Shown here: positions 1-12,038 of the stretch, piece after piece
How the letters are laid out: every line of letters begins with the position of its first letter
Position numbering within the stretch: position 1 is the first letter of the stretch
DNA from: Plasmodiophora brassicae
Lineage: Eukaryota
Direction: 5' to 3'
Assembly: GCA_036867785.1 (NCBI GenBank)
Contig: CP145417.1
Span: 124,001-188,000, forward strand
Length of the DNA: 64,000 nucleotides
The notes under the pieces: model-generated
Database searches by the model: none
Seen by the model: the letters and a program-made list of their open reading frames with translations, nothing else
Told to the model about the DNA's origin: nothing
Position numbers and translations under genes: made by a program

Positions 1-137
1 GAGCCGTATCCCAGGATCTCGATGGGCGGCCTGTACCAGGTGCGCACAATGATGTCCCGCTTCGTCGTCACCTGCCTGCTGGCGTCTCTCTCCCACTTCT
101 CGAGTACCACCTGGTCAGGCGGCGACCGGAGCGACAT
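1..137 (-). CDS. 5' end of a MAPK-like Ser/Thr kinase gene, runs off the left edge
   Basis: ATG at 137 gives MSLRSPPDQ...WYRPPIEILGYGS. The duplicate at 24020-24222 continues GYGSYGIVFSAFDKRNGDRVAVK (kinase subdomains I-II, MAPK-like). Confidence 0.65.
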   Translation of the reverse strand, partial: MSLRSPPDQVVLEKWERDASRQVTTKRDIIVRTWYRPPIEILGYG

Positions 138-304
138 TCTCCTACTCCTCTGTCAAAGTGGCAGTCGGCCGATCGACGCCTGCCGTATCCAGGCACAGTC
201 GGCCAAACGTGCGCGACTGCAAGCTACCGTCAAACTGCGCCGCAGCGGCAAAAACTTTGGCCAGCTGTGTTTTGAGCATCCACGGCGAATCTGCAGCGCT
301 CTAT

Positions 305-698
305 TCAGTGCAGGTCGTTGCGGACGATGGCCAGCCCCATGTCGCCGAGTTCTTTCTCGAGGGCGGCGTGCTCGGCCTCGAGCAGGTCGCGAAGGTTGGC
401 CCGTCGCACCAGCAGCAGTTCCTTGTTGGCGCAGGCGAGCTCGTCCTTGATCCAGGCCTTCCGGTTCGTTTCTTGCTTGTGGTGATACGCCTTGTTGTTC
501 CCTTGCCAGACGGCCCACGCGTCCAGCCGTCGCTGCCTAACGCGAGGGCGTTAACGTTGGCCGTCCCCGATCCCGTTGCGATCGGCCCACCGACATTTGA
601 ACGCTTTGGGCCGCCTCCCGGAGGCGCGTGTCTTCGAGGATGCGCGCATGGATGTTGGCGGCCGACCCCGAGTAGTGCCTGCCTCCCGGAAGCGCCAT
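305..698 (-). CDS. CFAP141: CFAP141 (C1orf189)-like flagellar microtubule inner protein, 2 exons, ~111 aa
   Basis: Exon 698-595, GT..AG intron 594-537, exon 536-305. The C-terminus ELACANKELLLVRRANLRDLLEAEHAALEKELGDMGLAI resembles CFAP141 from memory. Absent from the ORF track as a spliced product. Confidence 0.7.
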
Positions 699-967
699 GA
701 CAAGCGACGCCACAATCGTCGATCGAACTGGTACGCTTGGAATCACCGATCGCAGGGCCCGAATTCTAAGCTCGTGGCACGGCCGCCTGTGGGGTCTGGT
801 CAAGCGTCCTGACGTCGCCTAGAGTACGCTCCTCTACGGCCGGGCGGACCGGGCCTCGCTGCTCTCGCCGAGGATGACGGCACAGACGCCACCAGTGCCA
901 GAACGCTGCTGTGACCTGCAAGAGCGGTGCTCGCAGCGCGCGCAGCGAGTGAGTGTATCAGACATAT

Positions 968-2203
968 TCAGTTCGTGAGTTCGGCAGCGCGTTTCGCCAT
1001 CTCGAGGGCTCCTTCGCGTGTCTTGTTGCCGCCAATGAAACCGGACATGTGCACGAACACACCGCCGGGTACGCCGGTCGCCTTGGACAGGTCGTCGTCA
1101 CGTAGGCCACGCCAGGCGGCCGGCAGTGGGCACCTGGACTCGAACGAACCCGACTCAACGGGAACCGCCTGAACACGCCAGGAGGCGCCCGTCGAGTCCT
1201 CGTACACGATGTAGAGGACCGGAGACGAAACGCCCATCGTCTCCTCCAATGCGTGCAGATGATCTTTCCAGGGGCAGAACTGGTTCAGGACCACGACCCG
1301 GCCGGACGGATCGTGCTTGAGCCGGTCCGAGAGCGCATCGGCAACAATCTGCCGCCCGGGAAGCCAGATGGTCGCCATCTCGCGGACGCGATCGGCGAGT
1401 TCGGCGCCCACCATCTGCATGGCGGCGTGGAATCGTTTCAGTTGACCTTCGTCAGTAAACGTTTCGTTCCAGGGCGTGTTCAGGCGGCCGACACGCGACG
1501 ACAGGTCCGTGTTGATGGAATACAGGCGCGTCAGGCCGCCCGTGTACGACGGGTCGCTCGCACGGTACTGCTCCACGCCATTATCAATACCGTCGAGTCC
1601 TTCGATGAACCCTGGCCGCACTTTAACGTTAGAAATGTGGCACAATAACATGCACGACGATACGCTGCCAGCTCACCTGTGTAGATCTTCTGGTACAGGG
1701 TCTCCAGGTCGTCATCAGACAGCGCCACCGGCTTGGACAGCGAGCGAATGACATCCTTGCCGAAGTGCTTGTAGATAAGGCCAGCACTCGACAGTTTCGT
1801 CGTGTGCTTCGCGGAGAACGTCTCGAAGAAGCCTTTCTGGTGATGATCAAACCGCAGTCGATCCGGATCGTAGACCTGTGGTACGGGAGGAGACGTTCAA
1901 CACACCCCGATACGTCGAAATCTATTCCAACCATGCGTACGTCGCCGACGTCGACAATAATGGTCAGACGATCCAGAACGTCGCGATCACGGGTGCGCGT
2001 GATCTCCGCGTCTTTGAACTGATCCAGCGTCTTCAGCATGAAACACGCCAGAGCCTGTGCGGATCCCACGACTCACGAAACGGAGACGCGCAGCCAAGCC
2101 CGCCGCCGCCCCATACCTCATCGCAGTGGAACGCGCCATTGTGCGTACCGATCGTGGCGGCCGACATCACACCCTGACGACAGACCCGTTTCGCAGCCTG
2201 CAT
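968..2203 (-). CDS. MYG1: MYG1 exonuclease, multi-exon, apparently intact
   Basis: IGTHNGAFHCDE, IVDVG, DGIDNG, CPWKDH and FVHMSGFIGG motifs. Start at 2203 or 2167. Confidence 0.92.
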
Positions 2204-2475
2204 GAAGTGCGCGTCTTGGCGTTCCGCAGTTGCGTGGCGCGCACTCGTACCTGCAGCTTCGCGACTACAGCGGGCAGGCGCCTATCCGTAGCCCTTCCAC
2301 AGCCGCGACGACAAAGGCGATATGCGGCCCACTGACTCCGGTGCGCGAAGGCACACGATGGAACAATGTAGTACGAGGTGCTGCCCGTCGTGTAACACGA
2401 CCACCGTGTTGGGGAGGTGCAGTCGTGCAGCAGCGCTGCGGACTTTCCGATCGGGGTGCAGTCACGCAGATTGCA
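2204..2475. promoter_or_regulatory. Probable bidirectional promoter between MYG1 and glutaredoxin
   Basis: Head-to-head genes ~270 bp apart; positional inference only. Confidence 0.4.
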
Positions 2476-3561
2476 ATGTCGACGGCGATGGCGATTGGCA
2501 GTCGCGCCGGATGGGATCAGGTGCGGGCGGCCTGCCACGCAGATGGCACGCCGCTGGCCGTCCTGTTCTACGCGACCTGGCACGAACCGTCCATGCAGAT
2601 GCGCGTCGTCGTCGATGAACTTGGCGCCGAGCACCCGTCCATTCGCTGCGTCTCTGTATGGGTGCTCCTGTTGCTGTCGTACAACGGCGTTTGATGTCGA
2701 ACTAGGTTGATGCCGACGCTGTTGCCGATGTCGCCAGTGAACTGCGTGTGCAGGCCGTCCCTACGGTTGTCACGTTCCTTGGCGACGCAGAGACCGGACG
2801 CGTTGAGGGCGCTAACGTGCCGGACGTCGTCCAGCTCGTTAGCGACGCGTCCAGGCAATCGTCACCGGCGCCTGCTGCCTGTCAACCCAATACCGACTTG
2901 GAGCAGCTCGTACGGCGCCATCGCGTCATGCTGTTTATGAAAGGTTCGCCAGCCGCGCCGCAATGCGGGTTCAGCCGGTCGATCGTCGACCTGCTGAACT
3001 CGAAACGGTGCCCGTATGGGCACTTTGATATCCTGAAGGACGATGATGTCCGTCAGGGACTGAAGGCGTTCGCCAATTGGCAGACGTACCCGCAGCTCTG
3101 GGTCGATGGCCAGGTACGCCAGAGAGTCTCGCTCGCCAGCCGGCCCACATGTTGCTGATCGGCTCTGATGACAGTTGGTCGGCGGCCTGGACGTCGTCAG
3201 GGAAATGGATGCGGACGGCGACCTCGACGCTCTGCTGCGCGAGGCACCGGCCAAGTCGTTGAACGATCGCCTGAAATCGCTGATCGCGTCCTCGCCGGTG
3301 ATGCTGTTCATGAAGGGGTCGCCGACGGAGCCCCGATGCGGTTTCAGCAAGCGCATCGTGGACGTCCTCACCGAGCGGCGTTGCCCGTTCGGGCACTTTG
3401 ACATCCTGCAGGACAACGACGTGCGCGAAGGCCTGAAGGCGTACTCGAACTGGCCGACCTACCCGCAGCTGTACGTCAACGGCGCGCTTCTGGGCGGCCT
3501 CGACATCGTCACCGAGCTTGCCGACAGCGGCGAGCTCGACGATGCGCTGTCTGCCGCATGA
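2476..3561 (+). CDS. GLRX3: Multidomain monothiol glutaredoxin (Trx + 2 CGFS Grx domains; PICOT/Grx3-4 type)
   Basis: Trx-like FYATWHEPS, then [13 protein letters not shown] twice and W.TYPQL twice; two short introns. Confidence 0.92.
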
Positions 3562-3702
3562 CCAAACGGGAATACAGCACTGCGAATGCGCCCAGGTCAG
3601 TGGGATACTGCATAGATCGCGAACAGGTACCTGCGGGGGGGGGGGGGGGGGGGGGGGGTGCCTACCTACGTGTGACATTAACGGGGCGAGCCTCTCCACA
3701 TC

Positions 3703-6249
3703 ATGGCGGCCCCGGCCAAGTACGTCATCCCAGGGGCCATCGCCGAGGAGCCCAGCGACTGCGAGGAAAGCCACGATGACGTCGGGTTCGCTCTACCGAT
3801 GGCGTCGTCGTCACCCCGGCAGGCCCATCATCCACGCCAGCGCCCGTCCATGTACGCCTTCTCGTACCGGACCATGTTCCTGGCCTGCCTGGCCAACAAC
3901 GAGCCCGAGAAGGCGGTCGACATCGTCACGATCGCGCACGGCGCCGAATGGAACTTCCTGTACCAGGAGACGGGCCTGTCGCCGCTCTGTGCGGTCGTCG
4001 ACCCGGCGGCATCGGAGCTCGACCCGCGCGCCATGCACGCCGTCGTCGACGCGCTCGTTGCACACGGCGCCCGACTCGACTGGCCGCCCTCGTCGCCGTC
4101 CCTGCAGGCGTCCCGATTCCACATTGCATTCGTCGCCGTACGCGCCCCGCTCGTTCGTTCAAACGTGGCCGCCTCGAGTCTAACAGCAGCGCCAGGCGTC
4201 CTATGGGATCCGCGACGTCGTCGAGCTCGTCCTGGACCTGGGGTACCCGGTCAACGCCACGTCGCCGGTCCCCGTTGACGACACGGCGCCGAACCTGTTC
4301 GCCACGCTGGCCCATGCGGCGGCCAGCTCCGGGTCCATCCAGTGCATCGGTACGTGTCGACATCGCTGATGGTGGATCCCTCTGACCCGATCGCGGCACG
4401 GGCAGAGCTCCTGCTGCACCGGGGCGCCGACTTCACCGCCGCCGACGGGTACGGCCGGACGCCATTGCACACGATGCTGTACACGGCGCCGGACGACTCG
4501 ATCGGCGACGTCCTGCTGCAGTGCGGGAACGACGCGTTCCAGGTGGACCACCTGGGGAACTCGGCGTTCGCCATGGCCGTTGCCGTCTGCCCCGACCTGG
4601 CGCGGTCCATGCTGACGGCGCGCAGCATGTACCAGAAGCAGGCGGGGTCGGGTGCCATCTGGAAGCACGACTTCCGCCGCCTGTTCGTCGACGAGAACGC
4701 ACAGCCGCTCACGTTCCGCGTGTTTGGCCCGGAGCGCAGCGAAGCGACGTCCAGGGCAGGCGCTGCTGTCCAACCGGTGCCCCTGTCGTCGGCGGGCGCC
4801 GTCGTGGCCCCTCCTCCCGGGCAGCGCCTGTCCGCCCTGGCGCTGATCCTGCGTCACGACCAGAAGGATCTACTGGCGACGCCCATCGTCAAGTCGTACC
4901 TGCACGAGGGATGGGGCTTTGTGGCCCGCCGGATCTGGGTCAGCGAGGTCGTCGAGTACACCGTCTTCGTGCTCAGCTTCGTCGCGCAATGCCACACGTG
5001 GCCCACCGTTGCCGACCTTGCCGCCGGTGCCGCCCTCCAGTGGTACTCGTACGTCCTGTACTTCCTCAGTAAGGGGCGCCGTGGTCCGGTCCGGGGGATC
5101 CCATCGTTCACTGACGCGCCTGCGGTCGTGGCACAGCCCTGATTCTGTCGGTGCGATCGAACAGCAGGACGGTGCGCACCGTGCTGGTGTTGGGCCTGCG
5201 AACCTGGATCCGCTCGATCTGGAACGTCGCCGCCCTGCTGCTGCAGTCGTCCCTGGCGTTCGTCCTGATCGCCCAGCTGGTCGTCATCTGCGGCCGGGCG
5301 TCGGCCTGGACCGCCTACTGGGTCAACGCCACCGCCGTCGTGCAGGTCCTGTTCGGCGTCCGGTTCCTGCGGTTCGCCTGCATCCCGAAGATGACGGGCG
5401 CGCTGGTCGCCATGGTCGTCATCATGCTGGACGACGTCGCCCGGTTCTTCGCGTTCTTCCTGGCGTTCTACGTGCCGTTCACGAACGCCTACTTCCTGCT
5501 CTTCCGGGAGAACGTCACCATCGAGTACCACAACGTGGCCATGCTGCTCTTCCGATGGATATTTGGAGGTCGGGGGTCAACGCTGCGCCGTTCACTGTGG
5601 GTATCGTTGACGCTCATTGCGTCTATGCAGGCGCCGATTACTCCATATTCAAGGACAACCTAGCGCCCGGCAATGTTGCCATGGCGCAGTCCATGTTCAT
5701 TCTGTACCTGGTCACCGTTGTCATCGTCCTGATCAATATCCTGGTCGGTGCCGGTCGGTCGTGCGTGCCCGTTGCGCTGACCGACCGCGATGGCAGGCCG
5801 CTCTGCTGACCAACACGTTCAACGCGGTCGTCGAGTCGTCCGACCTCGAGTACATGAAGGCGTTCGCTAGTGCGTTCCTGGAGCTGTCCTGCCTCGCGCC
5901 GCGAACATCGATCGGCCTGTTCCATCGGCACCTGCTGGACAGCAACCTGAAGCCGATCTTCGCCGACAAGCCCAGCGCCGGCGAATCGAACTGGGCGCGC
6001 CTCGTCAAGTCGCGCCTGGACCGGATGCTCTCCCAGCAGAGCGAGCTCGCAACGTCCATCAAGCAACTTCGTATACGGGGCCCTGCCCAGTGTAGCCGGA
6101 CGCCCAACGCTGGACAAGTCGTCCACCGTTATATAACAAACAAATGCTTCCGGCGTACCCGATTGCAGGGCCCTCTGGTGCGGACGTCTGGCTCGTGGGT
6201 CGTTTCACATGAGGTGGCAGGCAGCAGCCGTCGGTGTCCAAATATGTAA
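3703..6249 (+). CDS. Ankyrin-repeat TRP-type cation channel, copy 1; 3' end uncertain
   Basis: Ankyrin repeat LLHRGADFTAADGYGRTPLH, pre-S1 LLATPIVKSYLHEGW, S4-S5 linker TGALVAMVVIMLDD, pore RWIFGGADY, S6 LINILAALLTNTF; several GT-AG introns. Confidence 0.8.
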
Positions 6250-6380
6250 GGGGGCGTCCTGGCTTCCTCCGAACGGCGAACCCGGGACACATCATGAGTC
6301 GTGTGCTCGTGTCGTGCGGTTTCCGATGTCTGAGGAAGGTGTCCCAACCGTCAGGGGTTACAGCCCCTCTTCAGTGAACG

Positions 6381-7020
6381 GAGGGGGGGGGGGGGGGGCT
6401 GCCCCAGTGACCGGGTTGGTCAAGCAAGCAGTCGTGGAACCGCAAGGTCCACAACTCGAGGCACGAACTCTCTATGGAAATTCGTGGAGCAAGCAGTGAA
6501 CTGGTTGGTCAAGCAAGCAGTCGAGGAACCGCAAGGTCCACAGTTCGAGGCACGAACTCTCTATGGAAATTCGTGGAGCAAGCAGTCGTGGAACCGCAAG
6601 GTCCACAGTTCGAGGCACGAACTCTCCAAAAAAATATGTCCGGTACCCAACAGCCGCGAGTGTTGAAGGGGTGATCTACTGATCAGGCAGCCCAAAGTGC
6701 CAGAGCAATAAGGGTCTCGATTGAGCGTCTGGGGAGGTAAACGAACGGCGCGCAACTCAAGGTATGTCGGCATCCCGGATCCCGGCATAGACGGTATGGC
6801 GACGAAGTTCGACAACGTGCAGTTGACAAGTCCGAGCGAATCACGTCCCGTTCTGATATCGTCCAGGCGCGAAGAACCCAGTACAAAGATGATGGGCCGG
6901 CACTGCCAGGCCGGGGGACGCTGGCGTTCTGCTGGCTGAACCTTCGGTCCTCGGACATGAGACCGAGGCGCCTGCGTGAAAAGCGCGAAGCACAAATAAA
7001 CTAAACTAACTAAACTAACT
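6381..7020 (+). mobile_element. tRNA-headed SINE with three tandem head units and (AAACT)n tail
   Basis: A-box-like TGACCGGGTTGG, B-box GTTCGAGGC, AAACT tail; homologous to the TSD-flanked copy at 24745-25229. Confidence 0.8.
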
Positions 7021-7237
7021 CGGACGTTTAGGCGTGCCTCACAGTGCACAAAGCAGAGAGTCACTACCGTCACGCGATCGATCCACGAAGTCAGGTAGTG
7101 GTAGCCCACAAGGGGCCATTGTCCCGCGTGACATGCGACCGGACGGGAAGACGGATTGTTGTATCGAACTGAAAAGCCCGAGAGAGTGGTGGCCTGACGA
7201 TGACGACAAGCGATGGTGTGCGGGTGACCGAGGAGAA

Positions 7238-10200
7238 TCATCGCCGGGCAATGAAGCCATTGTCCGCAGCATTCTGCTGGAACTCATTGTGCAAGTCGAC
7301 CAGGAATTCGTGGACGCTCGGCGATACGATGCGTTGGGCGGGCTCCGGTGCCGACATGTTGTGCGCTATCATCTCCAGGTGGCAAAGAACGTCGTCGAAC
7401 TTGTGGGGAACGTCGGGGCGCCTCCACACCTCGTCCTGAGCACAGGACAGGAAATACGCCGCTGTACGACCCAGGCTCCACATGTCGGAGGCCGCCGAAT
7501 AGACGCCGGCGTCCAGCGCTTCCGGCGCGATGTACCCTTGGGTACCGGCACCGGGTCGCATCTCCACGCCCGTCTGCGGGTCGTCCACACGGCACGCCAG
7601 ATCGAAATCGGTCACCCGCCAACCTTGCACGGCGACGCTGTACATGATGTTGTTCGGGTTAATGTCGCGGTGGACAATGCCGGCGCGAGATAACGTGCCG
7701 AGTGCGGCCAAGCCGTCGATAAAGAAGCGCACAAGCACCAAGCCGATGTCGTTAACTGACAACTGCCCGAAATCGACGTCTTCGAGGCGCTCTTCAACAA
7801 GAACAACGCCGCCGCCGTTGCTGCGCGGCAAGGCGATGGACCCGAACAGGCGTGCGACGCCGTCGCCCTGCGAGTCCCGCATGAGCGCGGGCTCTTCGGC
7901 GGCGCTGCCCATCTTGTGTTTGACGGCGAGGTCATCGACGAGTGCGACAGACGCAGCTTGGCGAGTACGACTTGGTCCGTCGGAGCGTCCGCGTTTGCGC
8001 GGTGGACGACCAGAAGAACTGGTGCGCGGACTCCCTGACTTTGTCGACGGCGTCCGCTGCGAATGCGGTCGCTTCGCCGTGGATGGCCGCGATGACGGTG
8101 GGGGGCCAAACGATGTCGGGTACGGAAACACGTCCTCGACGTCGCCATGCGACAGCATCGCGTGGTAGACACTGGCCTGACGACGCACGGCGTCGCAAAA
8201 GGAGGACAATGAGCGGAGCCGGTTCAGGACGTCGGCTTGTTGCGGCGCCGGATCAGGAGGGGGTCTTGTGCGAGCGACTGCAGCGGCGGCCGATGCGACG
8301 CGATGCGCCAACTCCGTGAGGAACGCCTCATTGTCGCGGTCCAACGACTGCGGCGCCTCAATGTCGCTGTAGACACCCTGGAGCTGCACTGCTTCATGCG
8401 AAGGCGTCCGTACGAAGGATCGCCAGGTCGGGTCGCAGCGAGCAACGAACGACACACGGCCCGCATCGTGGTCGTTATCAAAAATCGGAATCATGACAAC
8501 TGGCTGGAATTGAAACGCGCCGACAAGCAGCCCGAACTGGCGCAAGCTGCTCCGTTCGCCGACAGGACGACGTCGAACAGAACCGATGCGTGCAAGCAGC
8601 GTCACCGCCATCATGACGAGCAATTTGCGGAAATCCTTATGATCTTCTTCGTTCCCGACGGCGTGCGCCGATACTTCGACCAGAAGCAGAGTGTGATGAC
8701 TGAATAAATCCCGAACCCCGCGACGGACTTCGCCAGTCCGTCAAAGCGTTCGTTGCATCAGCTTGCCTGATCGTGACATTTTGACGGACTAACCAACGGT
8801 CACCGCCGTCCCGCCCGCCCCGTTCCGCCCGCTCCGTTCCGCCCGCTCCGTTCCGCCCGCTCCGTTCCGCCCGCTCCGTTCCGCCCGCTCCGTTCCTGCC
8901 GTCCCGTTTCCTGTCCGTCTACCGGTGTGTTCGCACCTCTGGCGGCCAACGTTCCCACCCATCTAGTCGACGCCGAACCGTTCCTGGACGCACTCATGGA
9001 CGACGCTCAGTGCTACCTCATCCATTATACGTGGACCGAGGACACCGAGTCAGAGCAGACGAAGATACCTGAAAAATACCAGGATTTTGCCGACGTGTTC
9101 GACGAGGCCACCGCCACATCCTTACCGCCGCACCGCGCCTCTGACTGCTCGATCGACCTGAAACCGGGGACGGAGCCTCCATTCTGTCGCCTCTACGGCT
9201 TGTCTCCCCGCGAACAGGTAGCCCTCAAGAAGTATTTGGAAGATAACCTCCAGTCGAACTTCATACGGCCGTCGCGTTCATCTGCCGGCGCGCCGATCCT
9301 TTTCGCGAAGAAGAAGGATGGTTCGTTACGGCTTTGCGTTGATTACCGAGGCCTGAACTCGGTCACCGTGAAGAACCGTTACCCACTTCCGCTCATCGAC
9401 CAGCTGCTTTCGACACTCGGTCAAGCAACGGTCTTCTCCAAGATCGACCTTCGAAGTGCGTACAACCAGATCCGCATTCGCGAAGGTGACGAATGGAAGA
9501 CAGCATTCCGGACACCGTACGGATTGTTCGAGTACCTGGTTATGCCCTTCGGGCTTGCCAACGCCCCGGCATCCTTTCAAGCCTTCATGAACGAGACATT
9601 CAGCGACTTCATTGACCGTTTCGTTGTTGTTTACCTTGACGACATCTTGATTTTCTCCAAGAATGCTGAGGAACATGAACAGCACGTGCGTTTGGTGCTC
9701 GAGCGTCTACGCTCCGCGCGCCTGACGGCCAAACTGTCTAAGTGCTTGTTCGACGCACCGGAGGTCGAATTCCTCGGCTACTTAGTGTCCAAGGACGGCC
9801 TCCGGTTGGATCCCAGCCGAGTAGACACAATACTCGCGTGGGCCCCGCCGCGTGACCTCCACGGGCTGCAAGTCTTCCTTGGGTTCGCCAACTTCTACCG
9901 AAAGTTCATCCCGCATTTCGCGGAGATCGCACTTCCCTTGACGAACCTTACTCGCGGGGAAACCGAATTTATCTGGAACGAGACTGCTTCGACCGCCTTC
10001 GCAACTCTGAAGAGCGCGTTCACACGCGCTCCGGTCCTCGCCCACTTCGATCCTAGCGTGCCGTGCGAGATTGAAACGGATGCCTCCGACTTCGCCATTG
10101 CCATGGTCCTCTCACAACGGGGCCGTGACGGGGACTTACACCCTCTGGCGTTCTTTTCGAGGAAACTGGACCCCGCTGAGATCCGATATGCGGTCTACGA

Positions 10201-12038
10201 CAAAGAGCTCCTGGCCGTTGTTGCGTCCTTCGAGAAATGGCGCCAGTTCCTGGATTCGGATGAACATCAGACACTTGTGCACAGCGACCACCGCAACCTC
10301 AAGTACTTCATGACGACCCACAAGCTTAATCCGCGCCAAATCCGATGGTCCCAACTGCTTAGCGGCTTCGACTTCATGATTCAGCACCGACCGGGCCGCT
10401 TGCACGGTAAACCTGACGCCTTGACGCGCCGCCCGGAGTACGTCCCGACGGCGTCTGAAGAAGGCATCCTGCAACAATCTCTCCAACTGCTCCCGCTTCA
10501 TCGCCTAGTTCCGTCCCCCGTGGTGGACGCGTTCACCGTCCACGCGGAGGCGGCTCCGTCCGAGCCTCTCCTAGACCGTATCCGACGACACCAAGCGAGT
10601 GATCCGTTCGTCGCCAAGATTGCCGGTCTGCTCGACCGACCTCAAGGTAGGAAGTATTGCCTGAGAGACGGCCTCCTGTACAAAGGACGCTCCTTGGTCG
10701 TCTCCGGAGACGAATGCAAGATCGAGATCCTCCGGCAACTCCACGATAATAGGGCCTCTGGTCACTTTGGTATCCGCAAAACGCTTGGGCTTGTCCAGCG
10801 TGAATTTTGGTGGCCTGGCATGAGGGCCTTCGTCAAACTGTACGTCTCATCCTGCGACATTTGTCAGAGAAGCAAGTCTCCGCGCCACAAACCGTCCGGG
10901 CTCCTGCTGCCTCTTCCCTTGCCGAGTTCTCTGTGGTCATCGATCTCAATGGATCTGATTGTCAAGCTTCCAGTTTCCGACGGCTACGATTCGGTCCTCG
11001 TCGTCGTCGACCGGTTTTCGAAAATGGCCCACTTCATTCCGTGCAAGGAGACCCTCACAGCGGTCGAGCTGTCCGACCTGTTTTTGCAGCAGATATTCCG
11101 CCTGCATGGCCTACCGGACGACATCGTCTCCGACCGGGGGCCCCAGTTCGTGTCGGCCTTCTGGAAGCACTTACTCGTGCTCTGGCGACACGATCCTCAT
11201 CGTTGTTATCCGGAGCCAGCATGCACGCGTAGTCAGCGAACTGCGGGGAGTACCCCTCAATCACGCCGGCCATAGACAGCTCCAACACCGACGTCAACAG
11301 CGGTTTGGTCAGCGGACGCAGCAATGCGTTAAGGAGCCGGTCCCATAAGCGGCAGTGGAACTGCAGCTCTTGGCGCTCGCCGCTCAGGGTTGATTGCTGA
11401 AACTCGACGACGACACCGATGGCGACCTCCCGACAGTACCGAACGTACTGATTCTTGATGATATCACCACCGTTGTTGACGTCGAGCGACCGCTTGACCA
11501 TGCGCGATGGGAACCAGTCTTCTTCTGGCAGCAACGCCATCATTGTGTCGCCGTCTCCTGAGACCTCGTTCTGCCAGGCGATGCTCCCATACGCGTCACG
11601 GTTGAAGTTGGGAACCAGCTGCTGCAGCGCATAGTCTGAGACGACGCCAAATTGCGACAGGGAATATGCCCGAGACAGGGACGCCAACGGGAACTTATTG
11701 CGCTGCATGGACGGCCTCAACTTGTTATACTCGTGGGCGGCGGTGTCGGACGCAGCGGCTGCCAGATCACCACGACGGTACTGCGGTGGCAAGGCAGGTA
11801 TATCGGCAGCGGCCCGCAGTCGGTCGTTGTACATCTGAATTAGCATGTTGGCGTGCTGTTCGGACCGCCGATCAGCGGGCAAAACCAGTAGCGCTTGATG
11901 ATACATCCAAGTTTGGTCCATGTCGACGCGTTGGCTTTCACGACAGACGGCGACGTGCCGCATTAGATCATCGATACACTCGTTGAGCCATGATGACGAG
12001 GAGGGCGACAGCGGTGCCGACGACGACGATGACGCCAT
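7238..12038 (-). pseudogene. REase-like + protein kinase gene copy 1, split by a retroelement
   Basis: Matches the 774-aa ORFs at 20762, 31649 and 46342. Interrupted at 8692-11175, with 8 bp of host sequence (GCAGCTGC) lost. Confidence 0.93.
8692..11175 (+). mobile_element. Ty3/gypsy family A, internally deleted and 3'-truncated copy
   Basis: 87-bp LTR 8692-8778 (one mismatch to the full copy), PBS, 14-bp VNTR, then RT (YLDD), RNase H and partial integrase. Gag, protease and the 3' LTR are missing. Confidence 0.95.

Noticed and set aside
6415-6626. Repeated units resembling a CRISPR array
   Set aside because: No unique spacers and no cas genes; these are tandem SINE heads in eukaryotic DNA.
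6893-6940. HDV-like ribozyme in the SINE body (GGCCGGC start)
   Set aside because: Could not build the nested double pseudoknot.
7039-7045. CACAGTG (RSS/Transib-like heptamer) at the edge of the kinase module
   Set aside because: No nonamer or inverted partner; a 7-mer is expected by chance.
8930-8940. Internal deletion of family A as a spliced subgenomic RNA
   Set aside because: The deleted segment begins GATG and ends GAAGA, not GT-AG.
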